Shown here one piece after another: positions 18,119-27,945 of a DNA stretch of 64,000 bases. Every line of letters begins with the position of its first letter. Positions within the stretch are counted from its first letter, which is position 1. The translations under genes were made by a program, and so were the position numbers. The notes beneath the pieces were generated by a model. It was given only the letters and a program-made list of their open reading frames with translations, ran no database searches and had not been told where the DNA came from. This DNA is from Treponema sp. (GTDB lineage Bacteria; Spirochaetota; Spirochaetia; Treponematales; Treponemataceae): positions 41,233 to 105,232 of the forward strand of contig NZ_JAZUGX010000001.1 of NCBI RefSeq assembly GCF_045641405.1, given 5' to 3'.

Positions 18119-18598
18119 CTATCGGTTGAGGATTGTTTCAATATCCTCTGTCTGCATCACCGTTATTGTCGCTTCAACTGCAGTTTCAGTCGCTTCTGGC
18201 GAAACATAGGCTGCACATTTATAGCGATAGATGTGGCTTTCGTCGTCCCTATATTCTTCTACGGCAGCCGCCTTTATGGTCGTTCCAGCCTTGAATACTT
18301 CAATATTCGACTCAAATCCAATGACGCTGAGGATGCATCCAGCCTTAGGTTCAATTCCGTAGAAGTTGTCATGAATTCCAGTGAGCGCCGATATGGCCTG
18401 AGCCATGATCTCAAAAGTACACCAGTTTGGGATTCCATCCAGTTCCTTTTCATAGAAGATAAAATCTTCCGATATATCGGTTTCCACCGTGATGGAAAGC
18501 TTTTCAACATCGTGCTGGGTAACCCTTGAAAGCAGGAACATCTTTCCCTTGTGAGGAAGATATTCCACTAGCCGATCTTTTTCTATCCTCTGGTTCAT
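18119..18598 (-). CDS. Hotdog-fold 3-hydroxyacyl-ACP dehydratase (ApeP-type), 159 aa
   Basis: YLPHKGKMFLL and EIMAQAISA. Start moved to the ATG at 18598, which overlaps the upstream TGA (ATGA). Confidence 0.8.
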   Translation of the reverse strand: MNQRIEKDRLVEYLPHKGKMFLLSRVTQHDVEKLSITVETDISEDFIFYEKELDGIPNWCTFEIMAQAISALTGIHDNFYGIEPKAGCILSVIGFESNIEVFKAGTTIKAAAVEEYRDDESHIYRYKCAAYVSPEATETAVEATITVMQTEDIETILNR

Positions 18599-19791
18599 GA
18601 TTCCCCCACGACAAGGCAGCAGTTGGATCCACCGAAAGCAAAGGAATTGCTCATGCATGTCCTGATCTTTCTGTTGGCTATGGAGTTTTCCTTATCCACA
18701 AAATTGAGTGTAGGCATTTCCTCGTCGCGAATTCCATCCCACATCTGCAGTGGAAGCACAGGAGTTTCGCTGCCCCTGTTGATCTTTATTGCTTCATAGC
18801 AGACTGCAAGCTCAACGGCACTTCCAGCGCCGAGGGTATGGCCTGTAAATGGTTTCGTGGTACTTGCAGCAACCTTGTATTCCCCAAAGACTGAATCTAC
18901 AGCCTTGCTTTCCATCAAATCATTGAGCTTTGTTCCCGTACCATGGAGATTGATGTAGTCTATGTCAGTAGCCTTGAGACCTGAAGACCTGAGGGCACTT
19001 TCCATGGCACGCCTTGCACCGTCTCCACTAGGATCAGGAGATGTCATGTGATGTGCATCACAGCTTTCGCCGTAGCCAAGAAGCGCTATGTCAGTTCCAA
19101 ACAGATTTTCCTTTGTCATTACAAAAAAGGCAGCTCCCTCTCCCAAGGTTATTCCATGCCTATTTGCACTGAAAGGATTTGTTATTTCTGAGGAAACAGC
19201 TTCCAGCGCACCAAAGCCAAGGAGAACCGTATCCGATGCAATGTCCACACCTCCAGCGACGACGGCATCTGCAACTCCAGAGGCAAGCAGCTGGGCCCCC
19301 TTGACCATAGCCTCCGCACTCGAAGAACAGGCAGTGCTGAAAGAAAGGCATGGTCCTGCAAGTCCAAATTTTTCCTTTACGAATGTAGAAGGATAGTCAG
19401 CCCCCTGCATCTCTATGGAATATGTATCATCGAATTTTCCCGTCTCAAAGAAAGCCTTGTGTCCCGCAACGGAAAATTCAGTTCCGTTGTCGCAGGAGCC
19501 TACACAGACGGCAATGCGGTCAGGTCCGAATTTTTCTTTTACGGAAGCAACGGCAGAGGATATCTGATCCAATGCCATTTCCTGGATTCGATGGATCCTC
19601 ATGTCGAATCTTGCAGTAGTTTTCTTTAGTTTGTCTTCATCAATTCTTCCTGCATAGAATTCTTCACCTGAAACCGCAGCAACTTTCTTGATGCCGCTTT
19701 GATTCCCTTTTGTGACTGAATCCCAAAGTTCCCTGGCACTTAGCCCTGCACAGGTCACGACGCCAGGATCACTAAGATAAACTCTATTCAT
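18595..19791 (-). CDS. Beta-ketoacyl-ACP synthase (ApeO-type), 398 aa
   Basis: STACSSS, HGTGT, KPFTGHTLGA, SNSFAFGGSN. The start at 19791 (MNRVYL) overlaps the end of the upstream gene. Confidence 0.9.
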   Translation of the reverse strand: MNRVYLSDPGVVTCAGLSARELWDSVTKGNQSGIKKVAAVSGEEFYAGRIDEDKLKKTTARFDMRIHRIQEMALDQISSAVASVKEKFGPDRIAVCVGSCDNGTEFSVAGHKAFFETGKFDDTYSIEMQGADYPSTFVKEKFGLAGPCLSFSTACSSSAEAMVKGAQLLASGVADAVVAGGVDIASDTVLLGFGALEAVSSEITNPFSANRHGITLGEGAAFFVMTKENLFGTDIALLGYGESCDAHHMTSPDPSGDGARRAMESALRSSGLKATDIDYINLHGTGTKLNDLMESKAVDSVFGEYKVAASTTKPFTGHTLGAGSAVELAVCYEAIKINRGSETPVLPLQMWDGIRDEEMPTLNFVDKENSIANRKIRTCMSNSFAFGGSNCCLVVGES

Positions 19792-20383
19792 CGCCGACTC
19801 CAATGAGATGGTATTCATAGCCGCGAAGGATGTTCTTTATCTCCATGTAATTTTTTCTGAGAGTGATTTCTTCTATTATTTTGCTGCCGTCAAGAATTCT
19901 TCTGACTTCTGTTTCTCCGTCAGATTCAACGGTAAAAACAAGCTTCTGTCTTGCAAGTCTCTGAGACAGAGCCTCTGCCTTATATATCGCAAGCTGAATG
20001 TCCCAGACTATGTATTCAGCCTTAAGGTTTTCAGGGAACAAAGAAGATGAAAATTCCACAACATTGTCGCTGTAAGTAAGGTCACCAAGACTGGTTCCAA
20101 AATCATTGAGCATGGAAATGCTTATTCCTTTCTCGTCAGCCTGTATGTACAGAGGGAGAGAAAAGCTTCTGTCACCAAAGGATCCTTCAAAAAGCTGAAC
20201 TTCATCCATTGGCTTAATGATGTTGTCCGCAGTGAGTATATTTACTTTCTTAAGGTTGGTAACAAAAACGGCAGGTGTCTTAACCTCCGCCTCAACGCCA
20301 CCTGATGCGCAGGAAACAAAAAAAGCTGAAGTCAAAACAACCAGCGAGACAATTCCTGCACAGAATCTGGAAAATCTAATCAT
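19784..20383 (-). CDS. DUF3261-like lipoprotein (ApeN-type)
   Basis: Lipobox ..SAFFVS-C; QLFEGSFG..LND.G..L.Y pattern; sits between MMPL and KS genes as in ape clusters. Confidence 0.7.
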   Translation of the reverse strand: MIRFSRFCAGIVSLVVLTSAFFVSCASGGVEAEVKTPAVFVTNLKKVNILTADNIIKPMDEVQLFEGSFGDRSFSLPLYIQADEKGISISMLNDFGTSLGDLTYSDNVVEFSSSLFPENLKAEYIVWDIQLAIYKAEALSQRLARQKLVFTVESDGETEVRRILDGSKIIEEITLRKNYMEIKNILRGYEYHLIGVGDE

Positions 20384-20389
20384 AGATAA

Positions 20390-20418
20390 AGTTTAAATAT
20401 TATGGATATTTTTGTCAA
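20390..20418 (-). promoter_or_regulatory. Internal, apparently leaderless sigma70 promoter for the apeN-O-P-Q-R-like genes
   Basis: TTGACA (20418-20413) - 17 nt - TAAACT (20395-20390) - 6 nt - ATG (20383); no Shine-Dalgarno sequence. Confidence 0.7.
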
Positions 20419-20446
20419 ATTGACGGCGTCCATTGCATCATGACAG

Positions 20447-22798
20447 CTATCTTTCATAGAAGAATGAGCTGTAATATGCAGTTATAAGTCCAACCAGAAT
20501 TGCAAGTCCCATAAGATGCACAGGAGTAAAGGAACTCAAGGAAATCGCACCAAAGGAAATTGCCGTCGTAAAGAAGGAAAGCAGGATCGCATATGGTTCA
20601 AGCCTCTTGTTTTCCGTTGAATCATTTCGCTTCTGGGCTTCCACCATGTAGATGACATAATCAAGTCCAAGACCAAAGACAAGGATGATTCCAGTAATCG
20701 AGAAAAATTCCAGATGAATCTTTGCGATGGCAAAAACAGAGCTTACAAGGAGAATTATCAGCAGTGGAATCGAAATGATCTTAAGGGACTGCTTGAGCTT
20801 GTAGAACATCTTTAGGACAACAAAGATGAGCACATAGGCAACGGCAAAGAACTTAAGGATCATTACAGTAAGGATATCCATGTCGTGGCTGATGTCCGCC
20901 ATCTTGTTTATATAGAAAACATCCTGACCGTATTTTGCGGCAAAGGTCTTTCCATCAAGCCCTTCTGGAATGAAGGAAGGCATAACGACGGAATACCAGG
21001 TTCCCTCGATTTCACCGAGCCATGAATTGGCACAGGCAGTCTGAATGAATTCAGGAAAATCTTCCATGGTCGTGTAGACATTCTTTTTGGATTCCCATTC
21101 AGCTCGAATTTCCTGAGCCATGGATTCATCTTCTCCGATATAGGAAAGCTGGGCTTCCATCACAGGAAGAAGGCTTTCATAGATTTTCTTGGACCTATCC
21201 TGCTGCTCCCTTGAAGGAAGGAAGTCAGAAGTACAGAAAAGTGATATGCCCTCTATATTATTTCTTAAATCCGATACGACTTTCTTTTCCAGGACAATGA
21301 GCTCGTCAGCGCTTGATCCACGGATGATGAACCAGCCTCGTGGCGCATAGTTGAGCACTCTGGCACTTTCAATCTGATCTTCAAGCACACGACCTTCCAT
21401 CTTGTATAGGCGCGAAAGATCATTTTCAATCCTGCAGTGCTTGTATCCAACGCCAAGGCAAGTGAAAGCAAAAACAAACATTGCGGTGACTGCACAGCGG
21501 CCTGCAATTTTTCTGTTGTACCATTTTGGAATCCTTACGAACCTTGTTCCACGGACACGGCGTTTCTTGTTCTCTGGAACTGGAACCAGAGGATATATAC
21601 AGACAACGGAAAGGAAGGAACTGAAAATTCCTGACAATGAGAAAACCGACATCTGCTTAAGAAGCTCAAAGGGTGCAAAGATAAGGATTGCAAAACAGAT
21701 TTCCGTAGAGATGAGCGAAAGCAGAAGCCCCGAAAACAGATACTTCCTGATTTCAGCACCAGTTGTCAATGAAGTGTTTGCCTTCCAGTTGATGAAGTAA
21801 TGAAGGCTGTAGTCAATGCAGGAACCTATGAGGGATGTACCGAAAATCAAGGTCAGGACATGAACCCTATGGAATACGGAGATTGTAAGAAGGAATGCCG
21901 TAAGGACAGACACTCCGATGGAGCCAAGGGAAAGAAGAATAGGAACAGGTGTCCTGAAAACAAGAAGCAGCATGGCAAGGACCGCAGTGAGGGACACCAC
22001 GGAAATAATGGTAATTTCCTTTGAAGCTGCGTTTGAACTTTTATGGCTATGGAAAGTCGTACCTGAATAAACAAAGCGCTGGCCATCCTTTTCGTACTTT
22101 GAGCATACATCGTAGATTTCGGAAATTCCGTTCTTTCTGCTTGCCAGCGCAGAGCCTTCCTTGCTTAAAAGACCACGGACCATTACATACCAGCTGCCGT
22201 TGTATTCCTTTGCAAGGACATTATCCTTTAGTCCCAAAGCAGTGCCGTTTGATGCAAGGGAACCAAGATAATTTTCCATCTCCATTTCAGTCAAAAGGAA
22301 AGGATCCCTATCCAGATACCCAAGGCTTGAATAGGTGAAAGGGCTGTACAGCTTTTCCATTGCCTTTTCTGAAATTGCAGAAGCATCTCCTGCATCTTCA
22401 TCTATGAAATTGAATCTGTTTTCCAGAAGAAAATTTTCAAACTGCCCCAAGGTCTCTGTATCCTGATACAAGGACAGGGACTTGAAATTTCGGCTGCCTT
22501 TAAGCTCCTCGTAGACTTTCTCCGCGGTATCCTTTGCCGCATCGAAATCTTTGTTGCAGGAAAGGATGAACACATTGCGGCTGGTCACTTCTGAAAGCTT
22601 TCTGTCAGCCTTCTCGACCGATTCACCAGAGAACTGCTTTGGAAGCATGTTGAACAGATCAGCATCAATCTTCAGGGACCCCTTTGAAAACAGAAGGGAA
22701 AGACCGAATATGGCGAGGACAATGAAATGGGTTACAAGCCAAAGAGCAAAAAAGTGCCTGTTGGAAAATCTATCTGTTATTGAAGCAAGCTTTTTCAT
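20447..22798 (-). CDS. MMPL/RND-family exporter (ApeM-type)
   Basis: Two hydrophobic TM bundles with G.SLIGSCIDYSLH and GLGLDYVIY motifs, separated by soluble loops. Confidence 0.88.
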   Translation of the reverse strand: MKKLASITDRFSNRHFFALWLVTHFIVLAIFGLSLLFSKGSLKIDADLFNMLPKQFSGESVEKADRKLSEVTSRNVFILSCNKDFDAAKDTAEKVYEELKGSRNFKSLSLYQDTETLGQFENFLLENRFNFIDEDAGDASAISEKAMEKLYSPFTYSSLGYLDRDPFLLTEMEMENYLGSLASNGTALGLKDNVLAKEYNGSWYVMVRGLLSKEGSALASRKNGISEIYDVCSKYEKDGQRFVYSGTTFHSHKSSNAASKEITIISVVSLTAVLAMLLLVFRTPVPILLSLGSIGVSVLTAFLLTISVFHRVHVLTLIFGTSLIGSCIDYSLHYFINWKANTSLTTGAEIRKYLFSGLLLSLISTEICFAILIFAPFELLKQMSVFSLSGIFSSFLSVVCIYPLVPVPENKKRRVRGTRFVRIPKWYNRKIAGRCAVTAMFVFAFTCLGVGYKHCRIENDLSRLYKMEGRVLEDQIESARVLNYAPRGWFIIRGSSADELIVLEKKVVSDLRNNIEGISLFCTSDFLPSREQQDRSKKIYESLLPVMEAQLSYIGEDESMAQEIRAEWESKKNVYTTMEDFPEFIQTACANSWLGEIEGTWYSVVMPSFIPEGLDGKTFAAKYGQDVFYINKMADISHDMDILTVMILKFFAVAYVLIFVVLKMFYKLKQSLKIISIPLLIILLVSSVFAIAKIHLEFFSITGIILVFGLGLDYVIYMVEAQKRNDSTENKRLEPYAILLSFFTTAISFGAISLSSFTPVHLMGLAILVGLITAYYSSFFYER

Positions 22799-23396
22799 CT
22801 GTAGTTAATTCCTTAGGATGAGACTGGTTCATGAATCTGTAGAGGACAGCACCTCCCTTTGCTTCATTGAGGATGATTTCGGAAATTTCCGAGCTGACGG
22901 AGCTGCTTTTTCCATTGAGGACTATGCTGCTCATTACGGAAGCAACAGTCTTATCCTTAGGTTCAAGCGAAACAGTCCATGTATTGTCTGCACCTGCCGA
23001 AAAAACAAGCTTGAAATTCTGCCCCAGCTTCGAAACATCGTTTGAGAATAGGGCAAGCAAGGTTGAAGAAACGCTCTTGAAGGCATCGTTACCTTTTGCA
23101 TCAGTCACCTTTCTGCTTCCGTCCGCTCCAATCTGAACCATGTAGTCTTCACCAAGAACCAATGTCGAAGGAAAAGGCTTTTCTGTGCTCCAGACAATTC
23201 CCTCTGTACTGAAAATGAATTTTCCGTTTGACCTGAGTGTCTTTCCTGTCTTGCTGAGTGTCTTTTCCTGGACAAAATCCCCCTTTGTGATCCTGTTCCT
23301 TGAAAGGTCAGCGCAGACTGATTCTATTGAAAGGCTCTGCGCAAAAGTATATAAAGCGGCAAAAAGAACTGCCGTAAAAGCCATTATTTTTTTCAT
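22770..23396 (-). CDS. LolA-like periplasmic lipid/lipoprotein carrier (ApeL-type)
   Basis: Signal peptide MKKIMAFTAVLFAALYTFA; GDFVQEKTL..LRSNGKFIF..GIVW..EKPFPSTL. The track start (TTG 23402) is an alternative. Confidence 0.8.
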   Translation of the reverse strand: MKKIMAFTAVLFAALYTFAQSLSIESVCADLSRNRITKGDFVQEKTLSKTGKTLRSNGKFIFSTEGIVWSTEKPFPSTLVLGEDYMVQIGADGSRKVTDAKGNDAFKSVSSTLLALFSNDVSKLGQNFKLVFSAGADNTWTVSLEPKDKTVASVMSSIVLNGKSSSVSSEISEIILNEAKGGAVLYRFMNQSHPKELTTDEKACFNNR

Positions 23397-23429
23397 ATCC
23401 AAACATCTCCTGTATCGGTCATCGGCAAA

Positions 23430-23855
23430 TCATCCTGCAATGGCTGCCTTCATCCTGTTGATGAAAGTTTCTGGGCAGACGAACATGGTCTCACCTGTAG
23501 ATTCCTTGACAACCATCTGTGTCGATTCAGCCTTTGTTGTAAGCTCTCCTTTTGAATTGAAAATCTCATACTTCACCTTGAGGCAGTTCTCGTATTCAAT
23601 TACTGAAGAACGGATTTTTGCAACCTCATTGAAGTGGAGGGATTTCATATAGCGGACCTTTATGTCCACGACAGGAAAGGAATAGCCCTCATCCTTCATA
23701 TCTATATAATTATAACCAATTTCATCAAGAAGAGCACAACGCCCGACTTCCATGAACCGCACATAGTTTCCGTGATAGCAGATGTCCATGGAATCCACGT
23801 CGTAGAATTCAACCTTGAATTCCTTTTCTACTGTGAAATATTCTTTACTCATCAT
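23430..23855 (-). CDS. Acyl-CoA/ACP thioesterase, 4HBT/YbgC hotdog family (ApeK-type)
   Basis: VEFYDVDSMDICYHGNYVRFMEVGR. Confidence 0.88.
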   Translation of the reverse strand: MMSKEYFTVEKEFKVEFYDVDSMDICYHGNYVRFMEVGRCALLDEIGYNYIDMKDEGYSFPVVDIKVRYMKSLHFNEVAKIRSSVIEYENCLKVKYEIFNSKGELTTKAESTQMVVKESTGETMFVCPETFINRMKAAIAG

Positions 23856-24811
23856 TCAGCCTCACTCCAGAAATCAAAAAAGTTGTACCACTGGTTTGGA
23901 AACCACATGCAGTATTTTTCAAGCATCATCACATAGTTTTCACAAAGCCGCTTTATTCTTTCATCGCGCTCACTTCTTTTGCAGTCGGTAAAGTCGATGT
24001 CTGACCTGTGCATATACACGGCATTCACAGGACGGAGCATTACGGCTTCATCCCTAAGCCCAAAGCAGAAATAGGTCGGACATTCCAGAAGGGCTGCGAT
24101 GAGGAATACGCCATATGGGAAATTTGCCTCTTTGCCAAGAAACCTTGTCTTTATGAACCTGTTGGTTGAATGTGCGGAAATCCTGTCTCCTGTGAGCACG
24201 ACAATCTCTCCGTTCTTTATCTTTTCCTGCAATGAAATGATCGTCTCTGGTGTAATGTCGGTCGGATCAAGAGCGGTAAGTTCATAGTCAGGATTTATGG
24301 ACTTAAGAACCTTGTTGAATTTTTCAGAAGACTTGATTTCCATGATGACAGTAACAGGCACGACCTTGTCCACACCTGCCCTGCTGAAGGTTGAAAGGCT
24401 TCTAAGAAGATCTACATTTCCAAGATGGGAAGCAAGCATAAGACAGCCCTGTCCATTCTCAAGATTTTCCCAGTAGTCATCTATGTCGTCATCGTTGTAG
24501 AAGATATCTTCCTCGTCGATCTTTCCAATCCAGCCAGCGATTCGTTCAACAAGACAAAGACTGAAGGAAAAAAGCGTCCTGTAGGTCGAAAGCTTCCGAG
24601 GAAGATGTCCACCAGTAAAAGTCCTCATCTGGTTCTGGAACCTGCGAATCTCCGTCCGTGCGCGTTTTGAAAAAAGATAGTAAAAGAAAGCGACAGGAAA
24701 AATAATGACACTGACCACTGGCAAAGGAAGAACCTTTACAAGTCCAAGCGTCAAAAGAAGAGGGAAACTTGTCTTTACCTGCTCTTTTTCGTCGAACCAC
24801 TGTCTATCCAT
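23852..24811 (-). CDS. LpxL/HtrB-like lipid acyltransferase (counterpart of the C-terminal half of ApeJ), 319 aa
   Basis: ASHLGNVD, LTGDR, FLGKEANFPYG, PNQWYNFFDFW. The start at 24811 overlaps the GT stop. Confidence 0.82.
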   Translation of the reverse strand: MDRQWFDEKEQVKTSFPLLLTLGLVKVLPLPVVSVIIFPVAFFYYLFSKRARTEIRRFQNQMRTFTGGHLPRKLSTYRTLFSFSLCLVERIAGWIGKIDEEDIFYNDDDIDDYWENLENGQGCLMLASHLGNVDLLRSLSTFSRAGVDKVVPVTVIMEIKSSEKFNKVLKSINPDYELTALDPTDITPETIISLQEKIKNGEIVVLTGDRISAHSTNRFIKTRFLGKEANFPYGVFLIAALLECPTYFCFGLRDEAVMLRPVNAVYMHRSDIDFTDCKRSERDERIKRLCENYVMMLEKYCMWFPNQWYNFFDFWSEAE

Positions 24812-25565
24812 TTTTCCTTGAACCTCTTTTAAACATTCTCCAGACAAGGACGGGTGAACGGAACATCATGCCTATGCAAAGCCTTGTGTAGGTGAGTGAT
24901 ATATGAATGTTGTCCCTTACTACGCGGAAATTGGAAACACCATCCTTTGGATAGTTTACCTTTACAGCACTCTGAACGACAGGAATGCCCTTCCACATAA
25001 GGTGGACAAGTATGTCTGTGTCAAAACCCATATGGGTATCGATGATGGCATGGGATTTTAGCAGCTTATGGTAAGGAGCCACAGGATACACACGGAAGCC
25101 GATAAGACAGTCCTTGATTTCATTGGACAGGGTAACGATGTGCACCCAGGTGTTGGCAACCTTTCTTGCCTTAAGCCTTGCTGTAGGCGCGCTTTCATCA
25201 TATTCAGGATATCCGCATATGATTGCTTCTGGATTCTTTTCCGAAAGCTCAAGAAAATGCTTTACACGCCCCACATCATGCTGACCGTCTGAATCAATCT
25301 GAAGGAAATGGGTGACTCCAAGCTCATGGGCCTTGCGTACACCATCATTCACAGCCCTTCCCTTTCCTCCGTTACTGCTGCGCCATACAGGAACGACACA
25401 CGGATATTTTTCCACAACCTGACGGATGAATGCCTTGTCCTCTTCTCCGTTTCCATCATCGACAACGATTATTGGACAATTGAATTCAAGGAGAGAGGAA
25501 ACGACATAGTCCAGGGTCGACCCATGTCTATAAACTGGAATGATAAAAGCAAATCTGTTCATCAA
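24804..25565 (-). CDS. GT2 glycosyltransferase (counterpart of the N-terminal half of ApeJ)
   Basis: IIPVY, VVDDG, NGGKG, IDSDGQH, GFRVYP. Confidence 0.9.
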   Translation of the reverse strand: MMNRFAFIIPVYRHGSTLDYVVSSLLEFNCPIIVVDDGNGEEDKAFIRQVVEKYPCVVPVWRSSNGGKGRAVNDGVRKAHELGVTHFLQIDSDGQHDVGRVKHFLELSEKNPEAIICGYPEYDESAPTARLKARKVANTWVHIVTLSNEIKDCLIGFRVYPVAPYHKLLKSHAIIDTHMGFDTDILVHLMWKGIPVVQSAVKVNYPKDGVSNFRVVRDNIHISLTYTRLCIGMMFRSPVLVWRMFKRGSRKNG

Positions 25566-25951
25566 CTTTTTACCGCCGCAAATACTCCAGAAGAATAGAC
25601 CTTTGCTTCATCTGCAGAAGACCAGAGCTTAAAGGCTACTGAATTCTTCTCTGCATTGAAATCCAGCTTCATCCTGACCTTTGCATCAGGCAGAATAGGA
25701 GCCGAAAATTTCATCCTCTTGATGGACGAGATTCCACGGCTTACATGGAAGTATTTTTTTGAAAAACGTGAAATCAATTCAAACTGTCCTACGGCAGGCA
25801 AAAGCTTGAACTGAGGAAAATGTCCGTCAAAGAAATCACTTTCCTTTGGAACAACGAATTCCAACATAACGGAAGAGTCATCCTTGCTTATTACGGTTTC
25901 ATTTTCTATTGAATGGCTGCTCATGGTTCTATGCATCCTGCTGGTTTTCAA
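25562..25951 (-). CDS. FabA/FabZ-like dehydratase (ApeI-type); true start probably 25936 or 25924
   Basis: FFDGHFPQFKLLPAVGQ, MKFSAPILP. Confidence 0.82.
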   Translation of the reverse strand: MKTSRMHRTMSSHSIENETVISKDDSSVMLEFVVPKESDFFDGHFPQFKLLPAVGQFELISRFSKKYFHVSRGISSIKRMKFSAPILPDAKVRMKLDFNAEKNSVAFKLWSSADEAKVYSSGVFAAVKS

Positions 25952-27935
25952 ACATGGCGGCTATCTCATTCCTGTGCTTCTTACCCTGAACATCTACAGG
26001 AAGCGCATCCACAAAACGCCATTTCTTTGGAAGTACAACATTCTCAAAGAACTTCATGAGCCAGTCATGGAAATATCTGTTGATGAGGTATTTTTCAGTT
26101 CCTTCGAATTTCTTTTTTCCTTCGGCATTGAGCACGACCGCCGCCGCAAGAAACTGACGGACATCATTTGAAAGGGCAATGACCTTTACATCTGCAACAA
26201 GACCGCTTTCAAGGATCCTGTTTTCGACTTCCGTCATGGATATGCGTTTTTCCTCGATCTTCACAATGGAATCGCTGCGACCTTTAAGGAGGAACTTCTG
26301 GCCTTCACCAGTGAATTCAACAAGATCTGCCGTGGCAAACCCATCTGGATTCTTGATGTACGGTGATATGATACGAAGACATCCGTCATCACCTTTCCAG
26401 ACCTTTGCGTTGTCGAATGGAGTCCATACAGAACCATCCTTTGCCTGCTGGCGGTAGGCTATTCCACTTGTCTCCGTAGAGCCATAGACCTCAAGGGGAC
26501 AGAATCCAAACACCTTTTCGGTAAGGACCGCAAGTTCTGGGCTTACGGCACCACCACTGGTAAAAATCCATGTGTCGTCAAGGGGAAGCTTTTCCTTTGA
26601 TTCAACCGTGCGCTTAAGGAATGCTGGAGTCGCAATGATGATGTATTTGTCGTCCGTAAGCTTTTCAAAGTCCTCAGGAAATTCAATTCTTGTCCTGCGG
26701 AAAGGTACACCCAAAGTGAAAGGCAGACAGATCCCAAAAAGGAAGCCATAGATATGATGCTGGCTTACTGTCGTAACAAGACGGCGGCTAAGGAATTCCT
26801 GTCCCCATTTGGAGATGATGAACGCATTGTCTTCTTCAAATTCCTTCATGCGCTGGGGAACTGCCTTTGGAGTGCCAGTCGAACCTGAAGTATACATGAA
26901 GATGTTGGAATCCTCAGGATTGATGGCAGGAACGGTCCTGATTTCTTCTTCTGAAGGTTCCGCAGCATTTTCAATCAAGTCTGGGATGAAGGCAGATCCT
27001 TCGATCACCTCGTTGTTTTTCTTCTGGTCGGTAAGGAATTCCGTTCCCTCTTTTTTTATCTCTGCGATGAAAGATTCCGCGATGTTCTGCGTAAGGAAGA
27101 CCTTTTTGCCGCATTGGAGAAGCGCAATAAAGACAACCAGAAAATACCAGTAGTCTTCACAGTGAAGTATCCATTCCTCCGCACTCTTGGCAGAAATGTA
27201 TTTTCTTGCCTTTGCAGTGTCGCAGAGGAAATCCTTCCATGTCTTGTAGGATCCAGAAGAATACCTTTCGTCATAGCAAAGGATGTGGGAATCCTTTCTT
27301 GATTCCGCATTGAATCTAGAAACAGGATATGTCTTGATCATCTTTCCATCCACCTTCTTTCTAACAATAAATTCCACGGCAAAAAGAAGCCCCATGAGGA
27401 CATAGGAAATCCCGCCGTTATATATGGACCACACCCTGTCACTGGCAAAGAATGCAGTCCAGATTGAAACGCATCCATTCAAAATGAAATAGCAGCACCA
27501 TACGATGGTTACCTTGAAGCAATAGCGTTCAACCTGTTTTTCCCACGAGCTTCCCCTGATGGTTCGGTCCATGAGAGTTGCAAACCTGAAGATGATGCTT
27601 GGAGCTGAAAAAAGAGTGCTTCCGAAAGCAACAAGGAATATCAGGCTTATGGCCACAGAATAGAGCTTAAGAAAAATCGTCCTCTGTGTTATAAAACAAA
27701 AAAGACCGGCAGCAAGAAAAAGGGCCGATGACACCAAGGGGCGCCAGCTTAAGGCAGACTTTTTATCACTATTACCGGTTTTAGCGGTTGCACTAAGAAA
27801 AAATGCAGCCGCAAGAATCATTATGCAGAGGGAAAGAATCCTTACAGGCAGCTTGAACACCACCAGCATGGAGAAAACCAGCACTGGATACACAGCCGCC
27901 ACTGCATAAAAAAGAATCCTAAGGAACCTGGACAA
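25929..27935 (-). CDS. Fusion of a COG4648-like membrane domain (ApeG-type) and an adenylate-forming acyl-CoA/ACP ligase (ApeH-type), 668 aa
   Basis: N-terminal ~6 TM segments with YCFKVTIVWC..NG..W..YNG.ISY. C-terminal YTSGSTGTPK, YGSTETSG, FATAD, GRSD..VKIEEKRIS, P-x4-GK. TTG start at 27935 follows AAGGA. Confidence 0.87.
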   Translation of the reverse strand: MSRFLRILFYAVAAVYPVLVFSMLVVFKLPVRILSLCIMILAAAFFLSATAKTGNSDKKSALSWRPLVSSALFLAAGLFCFITQRTIFLKLYSVAISLIFLVAFGSTLFSAPSIIFRFATLMDRTIRGSSWEKQVERYCFKVTIVWCCYFILNGCVSIWTAFFASDRVWSIYNGGISYVLMGLLFAVEFIVRKKVDGKMIKTYPVSRFNAESRKDSHILCYDERYSSGSYKTWKDFLCDTAKARKYISAKSAEEWILHCEDYWYFLVVFIALLQCGKKVFLTQNIAESFIAEIKKEGTEFLTDQKKNNEVIEGSAFIPDLIENAAEPSEEEIRTVPAINPEDSNIFMYTSGSTGTPKAVPQRMKEFEEDNAFIISKWGQEFLSRRLVTTVSQHHIYGFLFGICLPFTLGVPFRRTRIEFPEDFEKLTDDKYIIIATPAFLKRTVESKEKLPLDDTWIFTSGGAVSPELAVLTEKVFGFCPLEVYGSTETSGIAYRQQAKDGSVWTPFDNAKVWKGDDGCLRIISPYIKNPDGFATADLVEFTGEGQKFLLKGRSDSIVKIEEKRISMTEVENRILESGLVADVKVIALSNDVRQFLAAAVVLNAEGKKKFEGTEKYLINRYFHDWLMKFFENVVLPKKWRFVDALPVDVQGKKHRNEIAAMFENQQDA

Positions 27936-27945
27936 AACACTTTCC

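Noticed and set aside
16107-19791. Reading the KS/KR/DH genes as housekeeping fatty-acid synthase II
   Set aside because: There is no fabD, fabH, fabI or acc. The CLF, DUF3261, MMPL, LolA-like, GT and ApeB-type methyltransferase in ape order point to an aryl-polyene-type cluster.
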